Assembly: GCA_963805625.1 (NCBI GenBank)
Contig: CAWDVE010000010.1
Coordinates: forward strand, 160,001 to 224,000
Length of the DNA: 64,000 nucleotides
DNA from: an uncultured Candidatus Rokubacteria bacterium
GTDB lineage: Bacteria; Methylomirabilota; Methylomirabilia; Rokubacteriales; DASRDR01
Reading direction: 5' to 3'
The position numbers were made by a program, and so were the translations under genes. How positions within the stretch are numbered: position 1 is the first letter of the stretch; every line of letters begins with the position of its first letter. Below the pieces are notes generated by a model. It was not told the origin of the DNA. It made no database searches and saw nothing but the letters and a program-made list of their open reading frames with translations. Below, piece by piece: positions 19,361-30,307 of this stretch.

Positions 19361-20572
19361 ATGAAGATCGCGTACTTTGACTGTCCGTCGGGCGCCAGCG
19401 GAGACATGGTCCTCGGCGCCCTCGTCGATGCCGGGTGCGAGCTCGGCATGCTCGAGGCCGCGCTGGCGAGCCTCGGGGTCGAGGGCTGGCGCCTCGAGGC
19501 GCGGGCGGTCGAGCGCGGGGGACTCCGCGGTACCCACCTCGTGGTGCGCACGGATCCGGCTCGCCGCTTCGACACCCTCGACGAGATGCTACGACCCATC
19601 GCGCGCTCGACCCTGCCGGACGCCGTCAAGACGCGCGCGAGGGCCGTGCTCCAGCGGCTGGCCGAGGCCGAGGCGCGCGTGCACCAGGTCCCGGTCGACG
19701 CCGTGCACTTCCACGAGGTGGGCGATCTCGATACCCTCGTCGACGTGGTGGGGTCGGTGGCTGGCCTCCATGCCCTCGGGGTGGATCGGGTGCACGTCTC
19801 GCCGCTGCCGATCGGTGGCGGCACCGTGCCGACGGCGCACGGGCGACTTCCGGTCCCCGCGCCGGCGACGGTCGAGCTGCTCCGCGGGTTCCCGGTATAC
19901 GACAACGGGGTCGCCGCGGAGCTGGTCACGCCGACGGGGGCGGCCATCCTCACGACGCTCGGGACGCCTGGCCGCCTGCCAGCCATGACCCTCGAGCGGA
20001 TCGGCTGGGGGGCGGGAACACGGGAGTTGCCGGTGCCGAACCTCCTGCGTGTCCTCGTGGGACAGACGGCGCCCGTGGAGTCGGAACCCGGCGAGGTAGA
20101 GACGCTGGTGAGCGTCGAGACGACCATCGACGACATGTCGCCCCAGCTCTACGAGCCGCTCGTCGACCGGCTTCTGGCGGCCGGCGCGCTCGACGTGTAC
20201 CTCACCCCCGTGGTCATGAAGCGGAGCCGCCCTGGGACCGTGCTGACGGCGCTGGCCCCCCCGGAACTCGCGGATCGGCTCGCGGACGTGCTGTTCCGTG
20301 AGACGACGACGATCGGGGTCCGCTGGAGCGAGGTCCGGCGTCGCCGGCTCCCGCGGGAGCTGGTGCGCCTCCCCACGACGTTCGGGCCGGTGACCTTCAA
20401 GCTCTCGACGCTTGGCGGTCGCGTCGTGACGGTCACGCCCGAGTTCGAGGAGGTGCGCCGGATCGCCGACGCCGAGGGACGGCCGGTCCGCGAGGTGCTG
20501 GAGACTGTGCGGTTGGAGGGGCTCCGGGCGATCGAGGCGGACGCGGCCGCTCGAGGGGCGCGAGGGGACTGA
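19361..20572 (+). CDS. larC: Nickel insertase for nickel-pincer cofactor (single fused ORF)
   Basis: YFDCPSGASGDM, VHFHEVG, ELVTPTGAA, ETTIDD, MKRSRPG, ETTTIG, PEFEE. Confidence 0.92.
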   Translation: MKIAYFDCPSGASGDMVLGALVDAGCELGMLEAALASLGVEGWRLEARAVERGGLRGTHLVVRTDPARRFDTLDEMLRPIARSTLPDAVKTRARAVLQRLAEAEARVHQVPVDAVHFHEVGDLDTLVDVVGSVAGLHALGVDRVHVSPLPIGGGTVPTAHGRLPVPAPATVELLRGFPVYDNGVAAELVTPTGAAILTTLGTPGRLPAMTLERIGWGAGTRELPVPNLLRVLVGQTAPVESEPGEVETLVSVETTIDDMSPQLYEPLVDRLLAAGALDVYLTPVVMKRSRPGTVLTALAPPELADRLADVLFRETTTIGVRWSEVRRRRLPRELVRLPTTFGPVTFKLSTLGGRVVTVTPEFEEVRRIADAEGRPVREVLETVRLEGLRAIEADAAARGARGD

Positions 20573-20593
20573 ACCTGGCCCGCCTCCGGGCGG

Positions 20594-20872
20594 GTGAACG
20601 GGAGGGAGCGACGGATGACGGGAATCCCTGGCATGGCGGTGCCGGTCTTCACGCTGGTGAACGCGGGGCTCGCGATGACGTTCCTGGGAGCGGGCCTCCT
20701 TCTGCTGATCGCCCTCTGGTGGACACAGGCCGGGGACGGGATCGAGATCCCTCGCCAGCGCTGGCCCGCGGCGGCGCGCTTCGGCGCGCTGGCCGGGTGG
20801 CTCCTCTGGGTCGGGGGCTTCGCGGTCCAGCTTCTCGGCCACTTCGCGATGGTCGGCGTCGCGCGGTGGTGA
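20594..20872 (+). CDS. Small two-TM hypothetical protein
   Basis: Two hydrophobic segments; fills gap in operon; start uncertain. Confidence 0.55.
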   Translation: MNGRERRMTGIPGMAVPVFTLVNAGLAMTFLGAGLLLLIALWWTQAGDGIEIPRQRWPAAARFGALAGWLLWVGGFAVQLLGHFAMVGVARW

Positions 20873-20877
20873 GCACC

Positions 20878-20907
20878 TTGACAGTCTCGCGCGGGCGGCG
20901 GTAGGGT
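20878..20907 (+). promoter_or_regulatory. sigma70 promoter of cox-like operon
   Basis: TTGACA-18 bp-TAGGGT. Confidence 0.65.
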
Positions 20908-20934
20908 ACCTCTGCCTCGTGGCCGGCGGACCCA

Positions 20935-21384
20935 ATGACCCTCGACGGTAGCCATCATTTCAAGGCCCCGCGTCATCGCGTGTGGGCATTGTTCAACGAT
21001 CCCGGTGTGCTCGCGCGCGCCACGCCCGGGTGCGAGCGGCTTGAGCCCGTCGGGCCGGACGAGTTCGAGGCGACCCTGTCCGTCGGGGTGGCGGCCGTGA
21101 AGGGGACGTACCAGGGTCGGCTCGCCATCACCGACAAGCGGGAGCCCGACGGGTACACGCTCCGCGTCGAGGGCACCGGCCGCCCGGGCTTCGTCAAGGG
21201 GGAGGGGCGGCTGACCCTCGAAGAGCAGGACGGCGGGACCCTGGCGACGATCAAGGCCGAGGCCCAGGTCGGCGGACTCATCGCGGCCGTCGGCCAGCGC
21301 CTGGTTGGCGCCGCCGGTCGCATGCTCATGTCGCAGTTCTTCTCGGCGCTGGAGGCGGAGCTCAACAAGTCCGCCACCGCGTGA
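20935..21384 (+). CDS. coxG: CoxG family (SRPBCC) protein
   Basis: [24 protein letters not shown]. Confidence 0.88.
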   Translation: MTLDGSHHFKAPRHRVWALFNDPGVLARATPGCERLEPVGPDEFEATLSVGVAAVKGTYQGRLAITDKREPDGYTLRVEGTGRPGFVKGEGRLTLEEQDGGTLATIKAEAQVGGLIAAVGQRLVGAAGRMLMSQFFSALEAELNKSATA

Positions 21385-21421
21385 GGCGCTCCACGCTCGC
21401 AACCCAATGGGGGGTCCAGCG

Positions 21422-21883
<462 letters not shown>

Positions 21884-21900
21884 GGACGGGGGAAACGGCC

Positions 21901-24252
21901 ATGGCACAGGCGAAGCTCTTCGGCTCGAGCATCAAGCGGCGCGAGGACCCCCGGATGATCACCGGGCGGGGCCTCTATACCGACGACGTCAAGCTGCCGG
22001 GCCAGACGTACGCCGCCTTCGTGCGGAGCCCTCACGCTCACGCCCGGATACGGCGGGTGGACCTCTCGCGGGCCAAGGGCATGCCCGGGGTCGTGGCGGC
22101 ATATACCGGCAAGGACATGGCGCAGGCTGGCGTGGGTCCGCTGCCGTGCGGGTGGCTCCTCCCCGACATCAAGATCCCCGAGTTCCGCGGGGTCGCCACG
22201 GACAAGGTCAACTTCGTGGGCCACGCGGTCGCGGTCGTGATCGGGGAGACGCCGTACGCGGCCCGGGACGGCGCGGACCAGGTCGTGGTCGACTACGATG
22301 TCCTCCCCGCGGTGACGGACGGCGAGAAGGCCGTGCAGGCGGGGGCGCCCCAGATCCACGACAACGCGCCCGGCAACGTCAGCTTCCGCTGGTCGATCGG
22401 CGACAAGGACAAGACGGCCGCCGCGATCAAGGGCGCCGTCCGCGTCGTCAAGCAGCGCCTGATCAACCACCGCCTCATCCCCAATGCCATCGAGCCGCGG
22501 GCGTCGATGGCCTCGTACAACTCGGCGACGGGCGAGCTCACCCTCTGGGTCACCTCCCAGAACCCCCACGTGCACCGGCTGCTCATGGCGGCGTTCGTCC
22601 TCGGCATGCCGGAGCACAAGGTCCGCGTCATCGCGCCGGACGTCGGAGGTGGCTTCGGCTCCAAGATCTTCCTCTACCCGGAGGAGGTCACCGTCTCCTG
22701 GGCGTCGAAGCAGCTCGGCCGCCCGGTCAAGTGGACCGCGGAGCGCCGCGAGTCGTTCCTCACGGATGCTCACGGCCGGGACCACATCACCGAAGCGGAG
22801 ATGGCGGTCGACCGGGACGGCAAGATCGTCGCCCTCCGGGTCCACACCAACGCGAACCTGGGGGCCTACCTCTCGACCTTCGCACCGCTCATTCCGACCT
22901 TCCTGTACGGCCCGCTCCTCTCGGGGCCGTACAAGATTCCGAACATCTACTGCGAGGTGGTCGGCTCCCTCACGAACACGACGCCAGTCGACGCGCTCCG
23001 AGGCGCGGGGCGGCCCGAAGCGACGTACCTCCTCGAGCGGATGTGCGACCTGACGGCGAAGGCTGTCGGCATGGACGTCGCGGAGTTCCGCCGGCGGAAT
23101 TTCGTGCCGGCCACCGAGTTTCCGTATCAGACGCCGGTGGCGTTCCAGTACGACAGCGGTAACTACGAGCCGGCGCTCGACCGGGCGCTCCAGATGATCG
23201 ACTACCGGAAGTTCCGGGCTGACCAGGAGGCTGCGCGGAAGAAGGGGCGGCACCTGGGGATCGGCTTCTCGACTTACATCGAGGCCTGCGGGCCGGCGCC
23301 CTCGGCCGTGGCGGGCGCTCTCGGCGCCCAGGCGGGCCTCTGGGAGAGCGCGCAGGTGCGCGTCACCCCCACCGGGAAGATCACGGTCTTTACTGGCTCC
23401 CACAGTCACGGCCAGGGGCACGAGACCACCTTTGCCCAGCTGGCCGCCGACGAGCTCCAGGTGCCCTTCGAGGACGTCGAGATCGTCCACGGCGACACGG
23501 GGCAGATCCCGTTCGGCATGGGCACCTACGGCAGCCGCTCGGCCGCCGTGGGCGGCTCGGCGATCTACAGCGCGGTCGAGAAGATCAAGGACAAGGGCAA
23601 GAAGATCGCCGCGCACCTTCTGGAGGCGAACGAGGCCGACATCGAGTACCACGAGGGCAAGTTCGGGGTGCGGGGCTCGCCCGGCCGCGTCAAGACGTTC
23701 GGCGAGGTCGCCCTGATGGCGTACCTGGCGCACAACCTGCCGAAGGGCCTCGAGCCGGGCCTCGAGGCGACGTCCTTCTGGGACCCGAGCAACTTCGTGT
23801 TCCCCTTCGGGACCCACATCGCCATCGTCGAGGTGAGCGCCAAGACCGGCAAGGTGAAGCTCCTGCGCTACGTGGCAGTGGATGACGTCGGACGCGTCAT
23901 CAACCCCATGATCGTGGACGGCATGGTCCACGGTGGGATTGCCCACGGGGTCGCCCAGGCGCTGTACGAGTACGCGGCCTACGACTCGAACGGTCAGCTC
24001 CAGAGCGGGAGCATGATGGACTACGCGCTGCCCAAGGCGGACGATCTCGTCTCCTACGAGACGGACCGGACAGTGACGCCGTCGCCTGTGAACCCCATGG
24101 GCATCAAGGGCGCGGGGGAGACCGGCACCATCGCCTCGACGGCGGCGGTGGCCAACGCGGTCATGGACGCCCTGGCGCCGCTCGGGATCAGCCACCTCGA
24201 CATGCCACTCACGCCGGCCCGGATCTGGGCGGCCATCCAGGCGAAGCACTAG
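21901..24252 (+). CDS. coxL: Molybdenum hydroxylase large subunit (xanthine dehydrogenase family, form II CoxL-like)
   Basis: [40 protein letters not shown]. Confidence 0.9.
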   Translation: MAQAKLFGSSIKRREDPRMITGRGLYTDDVKLPGQTYAAFVRSPHAHARIRRVDLSRAKGMPGVVAAYTGKDMAQAGVGPLPCGWLLPDIKIPEFRGVATDKVNFVGHAVAVVIGETPYAARDGADQVVVDYDVLPAVTDGEKAVQAGAPQIHDNAPGNVSFRWSIGDKDKTAAAIKGAVRVVKQRLINHRLIPNAIEPRASMASYNSATGELTLWVTSQNPHVHRLLMAAFVLGMPEHKVRVIAPDVGGGFGSKIFLYPEEVTVSWASKQLGRPVKWTAERRESFLTDAHGRDHITEAEMAVDRDGKIVALRVHTNANLGAYLSTFAPLIPTFLYGPLLSGPYKIPNIYCEVVGSLTNTTPVDALRGAGRPEATYLLERMCDLTAKAVGMDVAEFRRRNFVPATEFPYQTPVAFQYDSGNYEPALDRALQMIDYRKFRADQEAARKKGRHLGIGFSTYIEACGPAPSAVAGALGAQAGLWESAQVRVTPTGKITVFTGSHSHGQGHETTFAQLAADELQVPFEDVEIVHGDTGQIPFGMGTYGSRSAAVGGSAIYSAVEKIKDKGKKIAAHLLEANEADIEYHEGKFGVRGSPGRVKTFGEVALMAYLAHNLPKGLEPGLEATSFWDPSNFVFPFGTHIAIVEVSAKTGKVKLLRYVAVDDVGRVINPMIVDGMVHGGIAHGVAQALYEYAAYDSNGQLQSGSMMDYALPKADDLVSYETDRTVTPSPVNPMGIKGAGETGTIASTAAVANAVMDALAPLGISHLDMPLTPARIWAAIQAKH

Positions 24253-24273
24253 CCCCAGAGGGCGGAGGACGCC

Positions 24274-25146
24274 ATGTATCCTGCGAGCTTCGAGTACCAC
24301 CGGGCCGCGACCGTCGAGGAGGCGGTTGGCCTCCTGACCCGCTACAAGGACGACGCCAAGCTCCTGGCCGGCGGGCACAGCTTGATTCCGATGATGAAGC
24401 TCCGCCTCGCCCAGCCCAAGCACCTCGTCGACATCGGACGCGTCAGCGGCCTGTCCGGAGTCCGAGAGGAAGGTGGCCACTTCGTGATCGGAGCACTGGC
24501 CACCCACTTCGCGGTCGAGTCGAGCACCGCGGTCCGGCAGAAGTGCCCCATGCTCTCCGAGGCAGCCGCGCTGATCGGGGATCCCCAGGTTCGCAACTAC
24601 GGCACCGTCGGCGGCAGCGTGGCCCACTCGGATCCGGCGGCGGACTGGCCGGCCGTCATGCTGGCGCTCGGCGCCGAGATCAAGGCGGTCGGGCCCAAGG
24701 GTGCGCGGACGATCAAGGTCGACGACTTCTTCAAGGACCTCTTCACCACCGCGCTCGGATCGGACGAGGTGCTGACGGAGATCCGGATCCCGACCGGGGG
24801 ACACGGCGGCGCCGCGTACATGAAGCACCCGCACCCGGCGTCCCGCTTCGCGGTGGCGGGGGTCGCGGCCGCCGTCACGCTCGACGCGGCGGGCAAGTGC
24901 ACGGCGGCCCGCGTGGGCATCACGGGCGTGGGCTCCCACGCCACCCGGGCCAAGGAAGTCGAGGCGGCGCTTGTTGGCAAGACCCTCGACGCGGCGACGA
25001 TCGCCGCGGCCTCCCAGAAGGCGGCCGAGGGCATCGACATCAACGCCGACCTCCAGGGTTCGGTCGAGTACAAGGCGCACCTCACGCGCGTGTACACGCG
25101 GCGGGCGCTCGAGCGCGCCGTCGAGCGAGCCAAGGGCGCGAAGTAG
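24274..25146 (+). CDS. coxM: Molybdenum hydroxylase FAD-binding medium subunit
   Basis: AGGHSLIPMMKLR, QVRNYGTVGGS, DPAAD. Confidence 0.92.
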   Translation: MYPASFEYHRAATVEEAVGLLTRYKDDAKLLAGGHSLIPMMKLRLAQPKHLVDIGRVSGLSGVREEGGHFVIGALATHFAVESSTAVRQKCPMLSEAAALIGDPQVRNYGTVGGSVAHSDPAADWPAVMLALGAEIKAVGPKGARTIKVDDFFKDLFTTALGSDEVLTEIRIPTGGHGGAAYMKHPHPASRFAVAGVAAAVTLDAAGKCTAARVGITGVGSHATRAKEVEAALVGKTLDAATIAAASQKAAEGIDINADLQGSVEYKAHLTRVYTRRALERAVERAKGAK

Positions 25147-25231
25147 GCCGCGACGCGCAGGACGCTGAAGGCCCGGGCGCGTCCCTCCACGGGAAGCGTC
25201 CCGGGCCTTCGTGCTCCCGGGCGGGTCCGCA

Positions 25232-25828
25232 GTGATCGCGGCGATCGTCCTCGCGGCCGGGGCGTCGACACGGATGGGGCGGCAGAAGCTCACACTTCCG
25301 ATGGCCGACGGGCGGCCTCTCGTCCGGGTCGCGGTCGAGCAGGTGCTCGCGGCAGGGGTCGACGACACGGTCGTCGTTCTGGGCGGAGACGCCGAGGCGG
25401 TTGCCCTCGCCTTGGCCCCGCTACCCGTGCGGACCGTGGTGAATCCCCGCTACGCCGAGGGGCAGTCCACGTCCCTCCGGGCGGGCCTCGATGCGCTGCG
25501 GTCCGGGACGGACGCCGCCGTCGTGGCCCTCGGGGACCAGCCCCTGCCGGATCCGGACGTGATCCATCGTTTGGTCATGGCGTTCCGGACGTCGGGCCGC
25601 CCGATCGCCGTGCCCGTCTACCGGGACGGTCGGGGCAACCCGATCCTCTTCGCGGCCGCGCTCTTCGGTGAGCTTCGGGCCGTGACGGGCGACCGGGGTG
25701 GGCGCGAGGTGATCACCCGCGACCCCGCGCGGGTGGCCGAGGTGCCCGTCGACACCTTGATGCCGGTCGACATCGACACGCCCGAGGACTACGACGCGGC
25801 GCGCCGGGCGAAGGCGCGAGGGGAGTAG
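25232..25828 (+). CDS. mocA: Molybdenum cofactor cytidylyltransferase-like nucleotidyltransferase
   Basis: LAAGASTRMG..K, GQSTS, GDQP, GNP, DIDTPEDY; alternative GTG at 25211. Confidence 0.85.
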   Translation: MIAAIVLAAGASTRMGRQKLTLPMADGRPLVRVAVEQVLAAGVDDTVVVLGGDAEAVALALAPLPVRTVVNPRYAEGQSTSLRAGLDALRSGTDAAVVALGDQPLPDPDVIHRLVMAFRTSGRPIAVPVYRDGRGNPILFAAALFGELRAVTGDRGGREVITRDPARVAEVPVDTLMPVDIDTPEDYDAARRAKARGE

Positions 25829-25910
25829 CCCCGCGGCGCCCGCTGATACAATGTCTGGCTGGGGGTGGCCGGGGCGGCCCTCCACATACCACGTCGACCG
25901 AGGAGCCCGC

Positions 25911-26795
25911 ATGCGCGAGGAGATCCGACAGATCCAGGCCCTGATGGAAGGGGCCGCCTACATCACCGACCCGGCGATCTCGACGGCCGTGCACTTGGCG
26001 ACCACGCTCCGGAAGCCCCTTCTGGTCGAGGGCCACGCGGGCGTCGGCAAGACGGAGATCGCCAAGGTCCTCGCGCGGGTCCGCGCTACGAACCTGATCC
26101 GGCTCCAGTGCTACGAGGGCCTCGATGCCTCGACGGCGCTCTACGAGTGGAACTACCCGAAGCAGATCCTCCGGATCCGGCTCGAGGAGCGGGACGAGCG
26201 GTCGGTGTCGGAGAAGGAGGCGGACATCTTCTCGGAGGCCTTTCTCCTGAAGCGCCCGCTGCTCCAGGCCATCACGCAGACGGACCGGGCGCCCGTCCTC
26301 CTCATCGACGAGATCGACCGGGCCGACATCGAGTTCGAGAGCTTCCTCCTCGAGGTGCTGTCCGACTTCCAGGTGACGGTGCCGGAGATCGGGACGATCA
26401 CGGCCGCGCACCGTCCCGACGTCGTGCTGACGTCGAACCGCTCGCGCGACCTCTCCGACGCCCTCCGCCGGCGGTGCCTGTATCTCTGGATCGACTACCC
26501 CTCCTTCGAGAAGGAGGTGCGCATCCTCCGGACGAAGGTGCCCGGGCTCAACGAGCGGCTGGCCGGGCAGATCGCGCGGGTCATGCAGAACCTCAGGCGC
26601 CGGCAGCTCCAGAAGGTTCCCGGGGTGGCCGAGAGCCTCGACTGGGGAGCGGCCCTCGTCGCCCTCCACGCGGACCACCTCGACGCCGAGCTCGTGCGGG
26701 AGACGCTCGGGTGCGTGCTGAAGGAGGTCGACGACGTCAAGCGCATCGAGGCCGATCTCGCCGCGGGGCGGCTCTCCGAGCTGCTCGAGGGCTGA
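25911..26795 (+). CDS. coxD: MoxR family AAA+ ATPase (CoxD-like)
   Basis: GHAGVGKT, RLQCYEGLD, LIDEIDR, ALRRRC; extended -10 TGaTACAAT at 25844-25852. Confidence 0.9.
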   Translation: MREEIRQIQALMEGAAYITDPAISTAVHLATTLRKPLLVEGHAGVGKTEIAKVLARVRATNLIRLQCYEGLDASTALYEWNYPKQILRIRLEERDERSVSEKEADIFSEAFLLKRPLLQAITQTDRAPVLLIDEIDRADIEFESFLLEVLSDFQVTVPEIGTITAAHRPDVVLTSNRSRDLSDALRRRCLYLWIDYPSFEKEVRILRTKVPGLNERLAGQIARVMQNLRRRQLQKVPGVAESLDWGAALVALHADHLDAELVRETLGCVLKEVDDVKRIEADLAAGRLSELLEG

Positions 26796-26861
26796 GCCGG
26801 GTTCCGGCGTGACGACCCTGGCGCGCCGACCAACGTCGCCGGGACCGGTTCCCGGACGGCG

Positions 26862-28007
26862 ATGACGGTCACGGCGGCGCCGCGTCCGCGCGACCTCCTG
26901 ACCGGCACGGTCCGCTTCTGCCGTCTCCTGCGAGCCCGCGGGCTCGCGATCACGCCGTCCGAGAGCCACGACGCGGTCCGGGCGCTCGAGGTGGTCGACC
27001 TCGGCGACCGCGCCGAGGTCCACCGGGCGCTCCGGACGGTGCTCGCCACCCGCCCCGAGGAGTTCCCGGTCTTCGACGCGACCTTCGACGCGTTCTGGGG
27101 CGGGCTGGCCACCGCTGCCGCGCCGCCCGGAGAGATGGCGGCCCCGGACGCGCCCCAGGTCAACGCCCACTTCCCGAAGGCCAAGGACGCCGCGCTCGAC
27201 TTCTCGGGCTGGACCGACGTGGGCGAGGGGGAGGGCGAGCCCGTCGGGCTTCCTGGCGTCTCGGACCTCGACTCGACCATGGGCAAGGACTTCTCGAGCT
27301 TCGGGGCGGCCGACCTGACGGAGGTCGAGCGCCTGGCCGCCCAGATCGCCCGCCGCCTGGCGACCCGGCGGAGCCGGCGGCTCAAGCCCTCGCGCCGGCG
27401 CGGCCGGGTGGACCTCCGGCGGACGGTCCGGCTGTCCCTGACGCGCGGGGAGCTGATCGACCTCGCTCGGCGCGAGCGGAAGATCCAGAAGACGAAGCTC
27501 GTCATCTTCTGCGACGTCTCCGGATCGATGGACCTCTACAGCCGGCTGCTCCTCCAGTTCCTGTACGCGATGCAGAACAACCTCGGGCGGATGGAGACGT
27601 TCGTGTTCTCGACGCGGCTCCACCGGATCACCGAGGACCTCCGCCACGCGTCGTACCGGGGCGCGCTCGCGAGACTGGGCGACGTCCGGGACTGGTCGGG
27701 TGGGACGAAGATCGGCGAGAGCCTCCGCGCCTTCAACGCGGAATGGCCCAAGCTCCTCGACCGCGACACCGTCGTGATCGTGCTCTCCGACGGCTGGGAC
27801 ACGGGCGAGCCCGTGATTCTGGCCGAGGCACTCCGGACGATGCGCCGGCGCGCCGGGAAGCTGATCTGGCTGAACCCTCTTCTCGGGAGCCCGGACTACC
27901 AGCCGCTCACGCAGGGGATGCAGGCCGCGTTGCCGGAGATCGACGCTTTCCTGCCGGCCCACAACCTCGAGTCGTTCCGGGCGCTGGCGCGGCATCTGAA
28001 GCCCTGA
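26862..28007 (+). CDS. coxE: VWA domain CoxE-like protein
   Basis: MIDAS DVSGSM, WSGGTKIG, SDGWD, WLNPL. Confidence 0.9.
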   Translation: MTVTAAPRPRDLLTGTVRFCRLLRARGLAITPSESHDAVRALEVVDLGDRAEVHRALRTVLATRPEEFPVFDATFDAFWGGLATAAAPPGEMAAPDAPQVNAHFPKAKDAALDFSGWTDVGEGEGEPVGLPGVSDLDSTMGKDFSSFGAADLTEVERLAAQIARRLATRRSRRLKPSRRRGRVDLRRTVRLSLTRGELIDLARRERKIQKTKLVIFCDVSGSMDLYSRLLLQFLYAMQNNLGRMETFVFSTRLHRITEDLRHASYRGALARLGDVRDWSGGTKIGESLRAFNAEWPKLLDRDTVVIVLSDGWDTGEPVILAEALRTMRRRAGKLIWLNPLLGSPDYQPLTQGMQAALPEIDAFLPAHNLESFRALARHLKP

Positions 28008-28036
28008 ACGGACGGGCGGATCGAAGGCGGCCCGCG

Positions 28037-28850
28037 ATGGCACGCCCTGTCCTGGATGACGAATTGCCTGTGAATCTAAGCTCGAACCCGACCTTCTAGA
28101 CGGTCCTCGCGGCCCGGCTCTCCCGTCGTGGATTCCTTGGCGGCATCGCCGCCGGTCTGGCCACGCTCGCGGCGACGGAGGCCGGCGCGCGCGGCGCGGC
28201 GGAGGCGCAGGCGACTCTCCCGTTCACCCCGGTGACGGCATCCGGCGAGACCGTGACCAAGACGCGCGAGATGTGCGACGTCGAAGTGGCCGCCCACGGC
28301 TTCACGGTAGTCGAGATCGTGCGGGGCGACCGTGGCGAGTGGAGGGTCGTCAAGGATTCGCCGCTCAACCGACGGATCATGGGTGCCACGCCCATGGCGC
28401 TCCGGGGACCGGCGGCGGGACACCCGCTCCTGAGCCCGGCCCCCGGACCGGGAAGGTCTACTGCGTGATGACGAGCAACGACGCCCGCAGGCCCGAGCAG
28501 GTGGACAGAGCCAACCCGCGCACTGACGTGGCCACACCTGACAACCCGCCTTCGACGACCAGGGGCGGCTTTGGGTTGCCACCGACGGGATGGGCAACAC
28601 GCTGAGTGCCAACGACGCCGTCTTCATGGTCGAGACCGAGGGGCCGCTCCGTGGGCGCACGCCGGCCGACCGGATGCGAGGTCTGTGGGCCGGCCTTCAG
28701 ACCCTATAATCGGACCTTCTTCGTGTCGATCCAGCATCCGGATCTCGTCGCAATCTATCGTGAGGACGGAGGCAAGGTCGGTCAGTAGAGTCGACGTCCA
28801 ACAGCCGAGGTCGCCGTCAGGCGCCAGCCGGACGGACGGTGGGAACCGAT
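28037..28850 (+). pseudogene. phoX: Degraded PhoX (DUF839) alkaline phosphatase
   Basis: Tat motif SRRGFL after premature TAG (28097-28099); fragments SPLNRRI.GATPMALRGPAAGHPLL, GKVYCVMTSN, ANPR, PDN, GCEVCGP, TFFVSIQHP in different frames; far shorter than intact PhoX; right end approximate. Confidence 0.8.
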
Positions 28851-29146
28851 GGAGAGCGTGGTGGCGCCGCCTGCGCCCCCCGGGACGGCCGGCTTCTGGT
28901 GCTGGAAGCACAGCGCCACTATGACCAGTCGCTGACCCTGGGGGGCGGGGGCGGCGGCGGCGGCTCGGATTGGTCTCGCCAGCCTCGCGCTCGAGAGCGG
29001 CGATACCGGGGAGGCTGCCCGGCATCTCGCCGCGACCCGGGCGCTCGATCCGTCCTTACCGGCGTTATTGCTGAGCGATCTCGCGACTCGCATCGCGCGG
29101 CCGTAGCGCGCCCCCCGTCCGCCGGGCCGCTGCTACAATAGGCGGC

Positions 29147-30307
29147 ATGAGTGAGCTCTTCGATCAGATCGACTCCCTCCGTCGAGTCGAGGGCAAGGCG
29201 GCCCTGGCCACCCTCGTGAGCACCCACGGCACTACGCCCCGAAAGGAAGGGGCGAAGATGTGGGTGGGAGAGGATGGTCGCATCCTCGGGTCGGTCACGA
29301 TCGGCGGCTGTGTGGACGCCGAGGTGATGGCGGAGGCCGAGGACGTTCTCTTGGGGGCGCGGCCGAAGCTCCTCTCGCTCGACCTCGGGGACGAGGACGC
29401 CTGGGAGATCGGGCTCACGTGCGGGGGCACGATCGAGGTTTTCCTCGAGCCGGTCGCGCTCGGCGCGGGGCCGGCGCCGGACGGTGCACTCGCGCTCTAC
29501 GAGACGCTCCGGGGGCACGTCGCGGCCGGCGGCTCGGGGGCGATCCTCACGCGGATGGACCCGCCCGACGCTGGCGCCAAGCTCCTGCTCCTCGACGACG
29601 GGCGCCGAGTCGGATCGCTGGGCGATCAGGCGCTCGACGCGGCCGCTCCTGTGGCGGCTCGCGGGCCCCTGGTGACGGGCATCTCGCGGACCGTGGGGCT
29701 CGGCCCGGGCGAGGCGCTGCGGGTGTTCGTCGAAGTGCACCTGCCGCCGCCGACCCTGCTCGTCGTGGGTGGGAGTCACGTCGCGATGCCGCTCGTGACC
29801 CTGGCGCGATCCCTCGGGTACCGCACGGTGGTCGTGGATGGCCGTCCGCGGCTTGCGACCCGTGAGCGGTTCCCCGACGTGGACGAGCTCCTGGTCGGGA
29901 TTCCCTCGGAGCTCGTGCGGCGGATTCCATTGCACCCGACGACCGCGCTCGTGCTCGTGGCGCACGATTACAAGTACGACCTGCCCGTGCTTCGCCACGC
30001 GCTCGCCGGCGAGGTGGGCTACATCGGGATGCTCGGGAGCCGCCGCCGGGGGGACGCAATCCTCCGCATGCTTCGCGAGGAGGGAGTGTCCGAGGAATCC
30101 CTCGCGCGGATCCGGGTGCCGATCGGCCTCGATCTTGGCGCCAAGACGGCGCCCGAGATCGCGCTGGCGATCCTGGCCGAGATCGTCGCGTCCCGCTATG
30201 GTGGCACGGGCCGACCGCTCGCGCTGGCCAAGCCGGCCCGGCCGGTCTCGGTCGACGCCGATGCACCGCCGACCGGACTCGCGGTGACGCCGGATTCCCG
30301 CGCGTGA
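29147..30307 (+). CDS. xdhC: XdhC/CoxF Moco chaperone
   Basis: GTTPRKEGAKM, GGCVD, GLTCGG, YIGMLGSRRR, PIGLDLGAKTAPEIA. Confidence 0.92.
   Translation: MSELFDQIDSLRRVEGKAALATLVSTHGTTPRKEGAKMWVGEDGRILGSVTIGGCVDAEVMAEAEDVLLGARPKLLSLDLGDEDAWEIGLTCGGTIEVFLEPVALGAGPAPDGALALYETLRGHVAAGGSGAILTRMDPPDAGAKLLLLDDGRRVGSLGDQALDAAAPVAARGPLVTGISRTVGLGPGEALRVFVEVHLPPPTLLVVGGSHVAMPLVTLARSLGYRTVVVDGRPRLATRERFPDVDELLVGIPSELVRRIPLHPTTALVLVAHDYKYDLPVLRHALAGEVGYIGMLGSRRRGDAILRMLREEGVSEESLARIRVPIGLDLGAKTAPEIALAILAEIVASRYGGTGRPLALAKPARPVSVDADAPPTGLAVTPDSRA

Noticed and set aside
21901-24252. Genuine aerobic CO dehydrogenase
   Set aside because: Lacks the form I AYxCSFR motif and M-S-L gene order
28097-28099. In-frame TAG as possible pyrrolysine or readthrough
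   Set aside because: The same gene also has frameshifts and large deletions, so it is a pseudogene
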